Below, one piece after another: positions 50,345-61,815 of a DNA stretch of 64,000 bases. Each line of letters begins with the position of its first letter. The first letter of the stretch is position 1. The position numbers and the translations under genes were made by a program. Location: NCBI GenBank assembly GCA_977017645.1, contig OZ360237.1, forward strand, positions 72,726,001 to 72,790,000, in the 5' to 3' direction. The stretch is from Torpedo marmorata. Lineage: Eukaryota. The notes beneath the pieces are model-generated. The model saw only the letters and a list, made by a program, of their open reading frames with translations. It was not told the origin of the DNA and ran no database searches.

Positions 50345-51092
50345 CTCGACATCAATAAGATGAAGGAGGTGATCATTGACTTCAGGAGAGGAGGCAGAGT
50401 CCACACCTCCATCCACATTAATGGCTCAGAAGTTGAACGAATTGATAGATTCAAGTTCATAAGAACAAATGTCTCTGATGACCTGACCTGGGACTAGCAC
50501 GTCGACCCAGTAATCACAAAAGTGCTTCAAAGCCTCTTCTTCTGAGAATACTAAGGAAGTTCGGCATGTCCCCCTTGTCCCTCAACAACTTCTATAGGTG
50601 GACCATCGAAAGCATACTTGCTGGATGCATCACAATGTAGTATGGGAGCTGTTCTGTTCAAGATAGGCAGGTAGTGAATGCAGCTCAGGACGTAATGAAA
50701 ATTTCCCTCCCCTCTTGTAGTCCATCTACAACTCCCGCTGCGTAGGAAAAGCAGCCAACATATTCAAAGACCCGTCACAACCTGGACACACTCCTTTTTC
50801 CTTCCTCCCATCAGGGTGAAGGCTTAAGAGTTTGAAAGCACGCACCAACAGGCTTAAAGATAGTTTCTTCCCTGCAGCCATCAGGCTCCTGAATGAATGC
50901 TGCAACAATGCTTTAATACTGCCCTTACTTGGTGCTAACTGATCTTCCTTTTCGTTGTAATCATATTCCCTGTAAATTGTGTTCTTTGCATGGCTGTATG
51001 AATGCTAGAAATAACCTGTTGGTCTGTTCACAGAAGAACCCTTCTTACTGTACCAGGTATTTTGTGACAAATAAACTGAAACAAAACTTGAA
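50345..51092 (+). mobile_element. Older Rex1-clade 3' fragment
   Basis: KEVIIDFRR...FKF...[15 protein letters not shown]-like sequence with stops; tail aataaactgaaacaaaacttgaac. Confidence 0.75.
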
Positions 51093-51514
51093 CAAAAGTT
51101 TGATGAACGTTCGGTTGTAACAAATGTAGAAAAGATGGAAGAAATGTGTGGAATGAGGGTTTAAGGAGAAATTTGAGTGCTTGGGACAAAGAGAGCTGCA
51201 GGCATGATTGCTGGTGGCAGAGTGATTAAAACTACAACAATAAAAGAGATAAATATCAAAGATGTAAATACATTGTCACCCTCTGGGACTGGAGGAGGTT
51301 ACAGGAGTAGGATAGGTCCACAGAGGAAGTGGATTTTGAAACTGAGGCATTGTCGGAGGGAGAGGCCCTGAATCTCAACAAGCAAAATGGTAATGAGTAA
51401 GTGAGACTTGGGAAAGGGTTGAGCGATAATGGGGAAGCAACAAAGTATTCTGTGGCAACAACTGTGCACAGAGACACAACTTGCATGGTCTTAACAGAAA
51501 CAAATTCATTTACC

Positions 51515-51885
51515 TTTCTCCTTGGAGTATAGGAGGCTAACCTCATGAGAGATTTAAAATCTTGAGGGGCATAGATAAGGTGAATGAGGACCTTCTTTTT
51601 CCCAGGCTAGTGAAGTCTAAAACTAGTGGGAAAAGGTTTGACGGGGGAAAGATTTAAAAGGGTCCCGAGTGCACCTTTATCAGACAGAGGGTGGTTGGTA
51701 TATGAGCAAATTGCCAGAGGAAGTTGTAGATGCAGGTACATTTAAAACAATATACGTGCATAGAAAAGGCTTGGAGGGATATGGACCAAACACAAGCAAG
51801 TGGGACTAGCTCAGGCAAAGAACTTGGTTGGCATGGATGAGTTGGCCAAAGGATGTGTTACTGTGCTATTTCAACATATGAGTCT
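51515..51885 (+). mobile_element. CR1 3' fragment
   Basis: tttaaaatcttgaggggcatagataaggtg...aaactagtggg...gagggatatggaccaaacacaagcaagtgggactagc, typical of CR1 3' ends. Confidence 0.75.
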
Positions 51886-52636
51886 AAAGGTATTCCTTCC
51901 ACACTCGCATGCCATTGAAAGCCTCTGTGGTGTATGCTGCAGAATTAAACAACTTGACTTAAAAATAATTTCAATGCTAAGATGCAGAATTTTGTTTTAA
52001 TTGAACAGTAGTAGAGGTTATGATAGGAGCTGCTAACTCCTATGTTCAGTGACATGGGTTCAATGCTGACCCACTCCTCTCCACACCACCCCACCCCCCC
52101 CCCCCAACCACCACCCCCAGCACTGTCTCTGTGACTTTGCATATTCTTATTGTAATCAGGTTTTCTCCAGGTGGTCCGATTTCCGACACATCCCAAAGGT
52201 GTGAGAGTCAGCATGTTAGGCGGCCACTATAAGTTGCCCGTAGTGTGTAGGTAGGTGAGTATAATGGCACTGATAGAATCTGGGGGGAATTGGTGGGATC
52301 GTGGGGAGAATAGAATGGGATTGGAATAAGGGAATGCTTGATGGTTGGCAAAGGTGGGCTGAAGGTCCTGCTTTCATGCTGTGTGTTTCTATAACTCTGT
52401 AAAATGCCTGTCTGTCAGCAGTTCATTGCAATAGAGGCCAGGAGCTCTGTGCTAATGTTTAAGCACCATTGGATAACCTCTACAGGTGGTAGATTGAAAA
52501 GCTGTGATCCACTTGAAGTGGAAAGAGCAGAAGTGCGATGAGATAATGTCTTCACCACATTATTGCAATATATCTCTCACTAAAAATGCTTACCAGATTT
52601 TGGTTCAGAAATAGCAAAGCATTTTTTTTCAAATAA

Positions 52637-52841
52637 GTAAAACACGAAAGTCTGCAGACACCGTGGTTGAAGTAAAAACACAAAGTTAGAGAAACTCAGC
52701 TGGTCAAACAGTGTACTTTATGTAGCAAAGATAAAGATACATAACCAACGTGTCAGCCGAAATGTTGGTTATGTATTTTTATCTTTGCTACATGAAGTGC
52801 ACTGTTTGACAAGCTGACTTTCTCCAGCTTTGTGTTTTTAC
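52637..52841. mobile_element. Palindromic PLE-terminus derivative (two inverted termini, ~80-bp arms)
   Basis: Arm 52672-52751 is close to the reverse complement of 52762-52841; the centre lies at the disrupted hammerhead position. Confidence 0.85.
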
Positions 52842-53554
52842 ATTTTTTTCCAAGAAAATAGTTAACAAATCATTCACAGCAGATATGAAATGAATGCATG
52901 TCATGTCATCAATGGATACTATGTTCATTTCTCTTTGTTGCAGATATGTTTGGGTAACGTATCCGGGGACTTCCACATTTAGGAGAATGGGATTTCTCGA
53001 ATAAATAGCTATATTTCTTCCTGGAAGTGCACAATTCCCAATGGTAAAGCGTGAAACGATTCTTTAACATAGAGGCAACTTCCACTACTGATGAAAACTT
53101 CCTTGAATTCAGCTCCAATAAATTTAACTTTTTTTAATCATTCACTGCAATATATTAGATGAGCTTAAGAAAGATGAAGGCAGAATATTTCACATTGAAT
53201 GTGCCAAATGGCTCAGAAGCCTTAGAACAATTTCCGCAAGAAATTTGATACTTGCACTCACACCTCCTCCATCACCACCATTCGGGGCCCCAAACAGTCC
53301 TTCCAAGTGAAGCACCACTTCACTTATGAATCTGGAGGGGTCATCCACTGCATCCAGTGCTCCTATTGTGCCCTCCTTTACATTGGAGACACTGGACGCA
53401 GACTGGGACATCGTTTCAATGCATATCTTCGCTCAGTCCACTGCAATAACTTGGACCTTCCAGTGGCCAAAATTTTAATTCCACACACCATTCCCACACC
53501 GACGTGCATTGCCAAACCAAGGCTACCCCCAATTTAGAGGAACAGAACCTAATA

Positions 53555-56500
53555 GCTGGTGACTCCAAACACTCCAACCTGAAAACTGTTCTACCACTGT
53601 TTCAACAACATGTCAACTTTGCCACCAGATATCGAGTACCGGTATACTTCAATGTCCCTGGTGCATACAAGGCTTCCCATCGCCTCCACCTTGGATACTC
53701 GGACCACATATTCATCCTGCTAACCTCGGTATACGGACCGCTGGATAAACAAAGTCAGTTCGCAGGGAGATCAGAACATGGCTGGGGTGGGGGGGTGGGT
53801 ACAGCAGCTCTACAGGACTGCTTTGAGACCATGGACTGGAGCTGTTTCAGGGAGGTGACCACGTGGTTAAACGGCCACATAAACATCAACGATTAGACGA
53901 GCTCAGTCACAGGCTACATTAGCAAGTGCATCGAAGATATCATGGAGAACAAATGCTACACAACCAGGCCTAACTAGAAACCATTGTTGGATGCAGAGGT
54001 CTGTGCACTTCTCCCGTGCAATTCGGTAGGCTAAGCATGGGTACGCACAGAGGATCCACAGACAGCTGTGTGACACTGGCAACACGAGGCGCATGTGGTA
54101 AAGTATGAAAACAATAACAGATCACAATGCAACCTTGTGAGTCAACGACAACAGCGCCTCCCTTCCGGACAGATAAAACATCTTCCACACACATTTCGAT
54201 GAGAAGAACAGGCACCAAAGAAAGCTCCATTTCCCCTCGTCCCTCCACTCCATCCTGACCCACTGGTGAACAACGCCTCATACGCCAGTTTGCTGTTCAT
54301 TGACTTCAGCTGGGCATTTAATACAATCATACCCCAGAGGCTGGTGGAGAAGCCGTCCTCGTTGCGACTCAACACCCCTCTCTGGAACTGGGTTCTGGAC
54401 TTCCGAATGGAAAGACTGCAGTCTGTCCGGGTTAGCAGTAGAACGTCGAGCACCATCACGCTGACCACTGGCGCACCTCAGGGCTGTATGCTCAGTCCGC
54501 TGCTGTTAATGGTACTAACCCATGACTGCAATGCCAGATCCAGCTCCAACAGAGTCATCAAGTTTGCAGATGACACTACATTTATTGGCCTCATCAACAA
54601 CAACGATGAGACGCAATACAGAGAAGAGGTGGAAAATCTTGTGAAATGGTGCGAGAATAACAACCTGAGTCTCAACCTGGACAAGACAAAGGAGATAATT
54701 GTGGACTTCAGGAGGACCAGGTATGGCCACCCTCCACTACACATTAATAGCTTGGTCGTGGAAAGAGTGGAGAGCACCAAGTTCCTCGGTGTCCACTTAA
54801 GAATTGACCTACAACATCTCATCACTTGTCAGGAAGGTGCAACAGTGACTGCACTTCCTTGGAAGGCTGAAGAAGGCAAGGCTACCGGCCACCATTCTGT
54901 CAACGTTTTATAGGAGCTTTACTGAGAGCGTCTTGGCCGGTTGCATCACAGTGTGGTACAGTTGCTGGAGAGCATTGGATCGGAGGTCAATCCAAAGCGG
55001 CAGAGAGGATCACTGGGATCTCCCTCCCCCCTCCATCGATGTGATTTACTGGAATTGTTGTTTAAAGATGGCTCGCAAAATCAGGGAGGACCCCTACCAC
55101 CCCACACGCAGCATCTCCCAGCTACTGCCGTCGGGAAAAAGATACTGAAGTATCAGAGCGAGAACCACCAGGCTGAGGAACAGCTTTTTCCCACGGTCAG
55201 TGAGACTGCTGAACGACTGCTAAAACAACTCTCCATGACTACTATTTATTAATAATATTTATTTTAATACATGTACATATGTACTGTGTATATGTATCAT
55301 TAGTCGGTATGTGTGTTATGTCTCTACGTGTGTTTGCACTGTTCTGCACCATTGACTGGAGAACGCTGTTTTGTCAGGTTTAGATTTCAGATTTATTGTC
55401 AGAGTACATCCATGACATCACATACAACCCTGAGATTCTTTTTCCTGCAGGTGAGGCAGAATTACCACTTATTCGTAGTGCAAAAAAAACTGTACATAAT
55501 GTACACATGTAAACAAATGAAGAAATGTAAACAACTGTGCAATACAGAGATAAAAAAAAACAATAAAGTGCAAAAATAAGAGTTTATTGTTGAGGAGTCT
55601 GATGGTGGAGGGGTAGCAGCTGTTCCTGAACCTGGTGGTGTGAGTCTTGTGGCACCTATACCTCATTCCTGATCGCAGCAGCGAGAACAGAGCTGGGTGG
55701 TGTGGATCCTTGATGATTGCTGCTGCTCTCCAATTGCAGCATTCCCTGTAGATGTTCTTTATGGTGGGGAGGGTTTTGCCTGTGATGTCTTGTGCTGTGT
55801 CCACTACCTTTTGCAAGGCTTTACATTCGGGGGTATTGGTGTCCCTATACCAGATCACTTTCCACCACACATCTGTAGAAATTTGCAAGGGTTTCCGATG
55901 TCATATCAAACCTCTGCAAACTCCTGAGGAAGTAGAGGCACTGACTTGCTTTCTTCACAATGCCATTAGTGTGTTGGGTCCAGGAAAGATCCTCCGAGAT
56001 AGTGACTCCCAAGAACTTAAATGTTCCCACACTCTCCACCTCTGATCCCCCAATGATTTCTGGATCATACACCTCTGGTTTTCCCTTCCTGAAGTCAACA
56101 ATCAGCTCCTTGGTTATGGTGACATTGAGTGTGACGTTGTTGTTGGTGCACCATTTCGCCAAGTTTTCAATCTCCCTCCTGAATGCTGACTCATCGCCCC
56201 TTTTTATATAATCCCCAACCGTGGTATCATCAGCAAATTTATGGATGGTGTTGCTGTCGTACCGAGCCACACAGTCATAGGTGTAAAGCGAGTAGAGCAG
56301 GGGGCTAAGAACGCAGCCCTGTGGTGCTCCGGTACTGATGGAGATTGTGGAGGAGATGTTCTTACCAATCCTTACTGATTGTGGTCTGTATGTGGTCTGT
56401 AGGTGAGGAAATCAAGGATCCAATTACACAGTGGGGTGTTGAGTTCCAGGTCTTGAAGTTTGCTGATCAGTTTTGAGGGGATGATGGTGTTAAATGCCAA

Positions 56501-56785
56501 ACTGTAGTCGATAAAGAGCATCCTGATGTACGCAGCTTTGCTGTCCAGGTGTTCCAGGGCTTTGTGTCGAGCCAGTGAGATGGCATCCGCCGTAGACCTG
56601 TTGCTACGATAGGTGAATTTGAACGAATCCATGTCTCCACTCAGACAGGAGCTGATATGCTTCAACACCAGCCTTTCAAAACACTTCATCACTGTTGATA
56701 TGAGTGCTACTGGTCGATAGTCATTTCAGCAGGTTACCACTGCTAATACAGTCGGATGACAAATAAATTTGAACATGAACTTGAA
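53555..56785 (+). mobile_element. Rex1-clade LINE (family B), decayed, with its 3' UTR split by another Rex1
   Basis: ORF 54266-54913 [14 protein letters not shown]...[13 protein letters not shown]...KFADDTT. The tail aaataaatttgaacatgaacttgaa is displaced to 56761-56785. Flanked by ctaata duplications. Confidence 0.85.
55380..56740 (-). mobile_element. Rex1-clade LINE (family C), 5'-truncated
   Basis: ORFs 56372-56692 [12 protein letters not shown]...[10 protein letters not shown]...[14 protein letters not shown], 55845-56270 KFADDTTVG and 55469-55888 RFRNSCYPSTIRLLN. Tail on + reads tttagatttcagatttatt. Confidence 0.9.
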
Positions 56786-58524
56786 CTAATATTCCATCTG
56801 GGCACTCTCCAACCAGATGTTATTAACATCGACTTCTCCGGTTTCTGTTGAACTTCTCCCCTGTGTCTCTCTCTTTCTTAATCCTCTGTCTCCTTTCCTC
56901 CAGCTTCCATCCCTTCCCTTCCCTCTCCATTCAGAGAGCTACCCCTTTCCCCCTATCACTTGTCATCTTTTTTCTTTTCTAGCCTCCTACCTATATCTGC
57001 CTATGACCTCTTACCTGTTAGCCTGTGCTCCTCCCCCTTCCTTCCTTCCTCCTCTCCTCATCCCCCTCTCCCCTCCACCCCCCCCATCTTTTTATTCAGG
57101 CACCTGCCTGCTTTTTACTCATACCTTGAGGGAGGGCTCAGGCCTGAAAAGTTGGTTACCCTTTACTTCCTATGGATGCTGCATGACTTGCTGTGTTTCT
57201 GCAGCACTTTTGTGAATTGCAATACAATCAACAGTGTCTGCAGACTTTCCTGTTTAACACAACAATTCTTCTTCCTCTTCTCTTTGGACAATGGCAGCAA
57301 ATGTTCAGGGCTAAAAGAATTGAATTGCTTCTAATAGAGGAGTTAACAGTCAAATTTAAGATTTTTGTGGAGCTGAGTGGAACATTAATGCATGTGTAGT
57401 AGAAATATCATGACACTTTTGAAATGGTCCCTTTAAGAACAGAAAGGTCTTCAGAGGCCCTCTTAAGGACAGAGATGTCTACAATGATCCTTTTAATGAA
57501 TGATAATATGCTGCTCAACTCATTTACATTGATTGGACCATGCATGGAACACCATGATTGTGACTGGATATTATTTATAGTCCAGTTCAATAAATATATG
57601 TTGAGAAGTCTGTTGTCTTCATTCTTGGCAGCCATTGCTCCTAATTCTGTCTCCAGAAACGAGGGTGCGATGGTCTACGGAGAGAAGCAGCCCCAGACTT
57701 TAATTTGTATTCACCATTTTCTGTATTATGTGTTGGGTGGGTTGGGGTAAGTTGCTTTGTATTTTATTTTATAGAGTAGTTATCTTTCCCATTTGGATTT
57801 ATCAGCGATTGTCTTATACTAAAGATCCCAGTGTTTCATTGAATCGCAAGGAGAAACTTCTCAAGTTCAGCCATCGTGATCATTTGTTGTGATTTAAAAA
57901 ATGCATGAGATCACCACTTGGTCTTTGAGAATAGAAATGAGATGGTTCCACATTGAATAATGAAAATGCCAGAAATGCTGAGCAGGTCAAGTAGTACCTG
58001 TAGAGAGAGACACAGAGTTAATGTATCAGCCTGATAACCTTTCATCAGAACTGATGGTTCCTTAACTGATCAAACTGATGCTATGCAGCAAAGTTGAACA
58101 TTTACAAGCACTAGACTATGTTGTCCACTGGGAATGCACTCCATTGTGAAATGCTGATTTGTTCCTTGATCCTGACTTTCTCAATACTGTTGTGCTCACC
58201 TGCGGAAATCCAAATGGTTGGGTGGAATTGCTGATAAACTCAGTGGTTCAGATTGTAACTTCAGAAATACATTGGTAGAGACAATTACTTATCTTCACCC
58301 AGGCAAGAAGTATAGTTGTACCTTATCATACATCATAAAAATGTCTCAAGATTTTTGTATGTAATTAATTACTTTGTTGTGTGTTTACTGTTATTTAACA
58401 GTTCCCACTATTGCCTTGCTTAACTCTGTAACCTCCTCCGGTCACGTAACTTCTCAGATCCTCCAGTACTGTGTATCTTTAATTTCCAATGTTTTACCGT
58501 TGGGGACCTGATCTTCAGCAGCCA

Positions 58525-58860
58525 AAGGTTCAAAGGTCCCTGTTATTGTCATGTAATAACATTAAAAATGTAATGTGCATTATATACTTCAACTTATGTC
58601 TGCCATAAGGCAAACAAAGAGTTGCCATGAGCATTGCTCAGCGCCCCTAACAATAGGAGAAAGAGAAGCAAACGAAAGTCCCTTCAGAGATACTGAGTGT
58701 CCATGGATTCACCTCCTGTGCTCCCGTAGCTTTTGCAGCCGCACAGACTCCAGTTCAAACTATCAGCAACCTGAGCTCCAGATTTAAACCTCCAATATGA
58801 TCTGGAAGCCTTCAGCGCCTGAGGCCCTTCGGGAGCCCTTCTTGCCACCATTCCAAGATG
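58525..58860 (-). mobile_element. 3' part of the unclassified retroposon family
   Basis: Reverse complement of 49850-50150 (gagaaagagaagcaaa...ccttcagag...ggattc). Confidence 0.65.
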
Positions 58861-59010
58861 ACGATGAGTCACATAAACATATTACCACAGATGACCAAAT
58901 GAGGTGAGAAGCATCTCATGATGTTTCTGTGCCATATAGGCACTCACTGACTTTAAAATACTGGTGTGGCTAGGTGCAGTTGGCTAAAATCAAGGATGCA
59001 ACAATAACAA

Positions 59011-59250
59011 GGGTGGCACGGTTAGGGTAGCGGTTAGTGCAACGCTGTTACAGCACCAGTGACTGGGGTTCAAATCGGGTGCTGTCTGTAAGGAGTTTGT
59101 ACGTTCTCCCCATGTCTGCGTGGGTTTCCTCCGGGTGCTCCGGTTTCCTCCCACCCTTCAAAACGTACCGAGGTTGTAGATCAATTGGGTGTAATTGAAC
59201 TGCATGGGCTCGTGGGCTGAAAGGGCCTGTTACCGTGCTGTATGTCTAAA
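59011..59250 (+). mobile_element. V-SINE (HE1-like)
   Basis: gggtggcacggttagggtagcggttag...V-domain...gcctgttaccgtgctgtatgtctaaa. Confidence 0.88.
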
Positions 59251-59388
59251 CAAAAATTAGCTGGCTGGCATATTAACCTATTCCTTGATCGGGCAATGAA
59301 GGACACCAGAATTTGCTGCTGCTCTTCTCAAAATAATGTCTTGTTGAACTGGGATATGCCCCTTTCAAAGGGGTCATATTCAATTGGT

Positions 59389-60008
59389 AGTAGAAGTAAA
59401 ACACGGACGTCTGCAGACACCGTGGTTGAAGTAAAAACACAATTCTGGAGAAACTCAACAGGTCAAACAGTGTCTTTTATATAGCAAAGATAAAAATACA
59501 TAACCGACGTTTTTGGGCTTGAGCCCTTCATCAAGGTATGGAAAAATGTTGGCAGGCATCCGAATAAAAAGGTAAGGGGGGAGGTGAGGGGGGAGGAGCA
59601 TGGTAGCAAAGGCAGGAGATAATAGGTGGAGAAGGGAGGGAGGGCTCAGCAGTAATAAGGGGAGGAGGGATGGCTAGGTGAATAGAGAGGGAAGGGATGA
59701 AGAGCTGAGGAAAAGTAGACAAGGGGAAGGGAAGGGAGAGCAGGTTAGCAGAAACCAGAAAAGTCGATGTCAATGTCATCCGGCTAGAGAGTGCCCAGAT
59801 GGAAAATCAGGAGTTGTTCCTCCAATTTACGGGTGGTCTTGTGGGATAGTACATGAGACCATGGATAGACATGTGAGTATGGGAGTGGGACGCAGAACTG
59901 AAATGGTTGGCCACTGGGAGGTTCCTGTCATTGGTGCGGACAGAGTGAAGGTGCTCAGCGAAGCGATCTCCCAGTCTGCACCCAGTCTCTCCGATGTAGA
60001 GAAGGCCA
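59389..60008 (-). mobile_element. PLE 3' fragment with a 14-bp TSD; hammerhead (59499-59540) has lost its GAAA
   Basis: TSD catattcaattggt at 59375-59388 and 60009-60022. Motif reads UUGAUGA-A-GGGC-ucaa-GCCC-AAAAA-CGUC. Confidence 0.9.
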
Positions 60009-61325
60009 CATATTCAATTGGTGTTGATTTCAAACTTAGAGGCAACTCAGTCTGAAGCACGCCAATTCTCACAGAAGGAAAACATTTCAGTGTGAATTCT
60101 TTCTGCACTGATACTTTGCAGCCTGGGATTTGGGAGACCACAGAAATTGAGCTGTTTTCTCTCTTTTACTTTTGTCAGGCACAAGTAGTCTTCCTCCATA
60201 TCTGCCATCATTTCTCATGCCTGCTTGCTTTATGGCCATAATGATGTTGTGGAATGCACTCAATAGTATTTTTCTGCTCCCATCAATCTTCACTAGCCTG
60301 GTTTAGAGCTGGCTCAGCTCACTTGCCCATTTTTTAACGTACCTTGGAACCCAGTCATTACAGAGAAATATTGTCGGTTCTAAACCATGGAGTGTAGTAA
60401 AAAGGAGCAAAGGGATATGTTGGGTGCCGGGAGACTAGTTTAGGAATGTTAGTCGCTGTGAAGAAAAACTCAATGTTCTATTTTTTGTCTGAACGAACTT
60501 GGGTCCGTTTAATCCTTTTCCTTCAGTCAGTGCTGTCTACTTCTGCAAATAAATAAATGACCAGTAAGATCAAAGAAAACCAAGATTAAACAAGGCAATA
60601 CTTCTCCCGTCCAAGAAAATCTAATGTCTTGACAGGGAGATGAGCGAGAGTTGCAATATGGCAGTTGGCATGGAAGAAAGAGGTGGGGCAACCAGAATAA
60701 GATAATGGCAGATTTAATAAACAACATGAGCAATGGCAGATGCAGTCAAAGATAAGACGATGCTGTCAACTGGCTTTTCCATACATAAAATGTTTACTTC
60801 ATAAACAGACCTCCTTTAAAATTGAATATGTATAAACAAGATAAGCTGTTGGTTGCAAAATTTCTCTAAAATTATTCTTTTTAAAATTTATTTTTGTGTT
60901 GTGAGTGCCCTCGCCTGCCAGCCCCCTTATGAGATTGTTCTCCAGCTGTGAACTGGCCCCAAACGTGATTAACGTCAGTAATTAAAGTGCTCGATTTGAG
61001 CTGCTGTCTCAGTCTCCACTGCTTTGATCCTTTGATCTGATAATGAGTACTCTGCCCCTGAAGAACATCCTCTTTTTATTGTTTGTTTTTGGATGTCACG
61101 CAAAGCTGCAGTTGGAGGAGCCACAATTGCTAACTTGCATTGGATATAAAATTGTGACTCTCCGCAGACCAGAGTGTATTACATTGGCGGAATCCCCCAC
61201 CCCACATACAGAGCCTTTGTGTGGTGAATAGTTAAGAGAGGAATTGCAAAATTGGGGTATTGATGAAGAAGAAATGTTGAGAGATGCAATGCTTCAGAGT
61301 TCAAGGGCTGCACAGTTTAGCTCAG

Positions 61326-61815
61326 TTTAGATTTCAGATTTATTGTCAGAGTACATACATGATGTCACATACAAACTTGAGATTCTTTTTTCCTGCGGGC
61401 GCAGCAGAATTACCACTAATTGGTAGTGCAAAAGTAAACTGTACACAGCGTAAACATGTAAACAATCAAAAGAACTGCTAACAGGTAACGAATGAAACTG
61501 AAAATGAAACTCACTGTGCAATACAGAGAAAGCAAAGAAAAATCAATAAAGTGCACGAGTAAGAGTCTTTAAATGAATCTCTGATTTGACTTTGTCGTTG
61601 AGGATTCTGATGGTAGAGGGGTAGCAGCTGTTCCTAAACCTGGTGGTGCGAGTCTTGTGGCACCTATACCTCTTTCCTGATGGCAGCAGCGAGAACAGAG
61701 CGTGCGCTGGGTGGTGTGGGTCTTTGATGATTGCTGCTGCCCTCCGACGGCAGCGTTCCCTGTAGATGTACTCAATAGTGGGGAGGGTTTTGCCATTATT
61801 TGTGTCCACTACCAT
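61326..61815 (-). mobile_element. Rex1 family C 3' fragment
   Basis: ORF 61543-61830 [45 protein letters not shown]; 3' UTR matches 55380-55590. Confidence 0.88.

Larger units (their letters stand above)
53250..57260 (+). mobile_element. Older PLE (53250-53554 + 56786-57260) split by nested Rex1 elements
   Basis: HFTYESGGVIHCIQCSYCALLYIGDTGRRL...EEQNLI breaks at 53554 and resumes LIFHLGTLQPD...NIDFS at 56786. Degenerate hammerhead at ~57120-57157. Confidence 0.85.

Noticed and set aside
57120-59540. Hammerheads at ~57120-57157 and 59499-59540 (also ~40391-40420) as functional ribozymes
   Set aside because: Core positions are mutated (UUGAGGG; GAAA to AAAAA), so they count only as relics.
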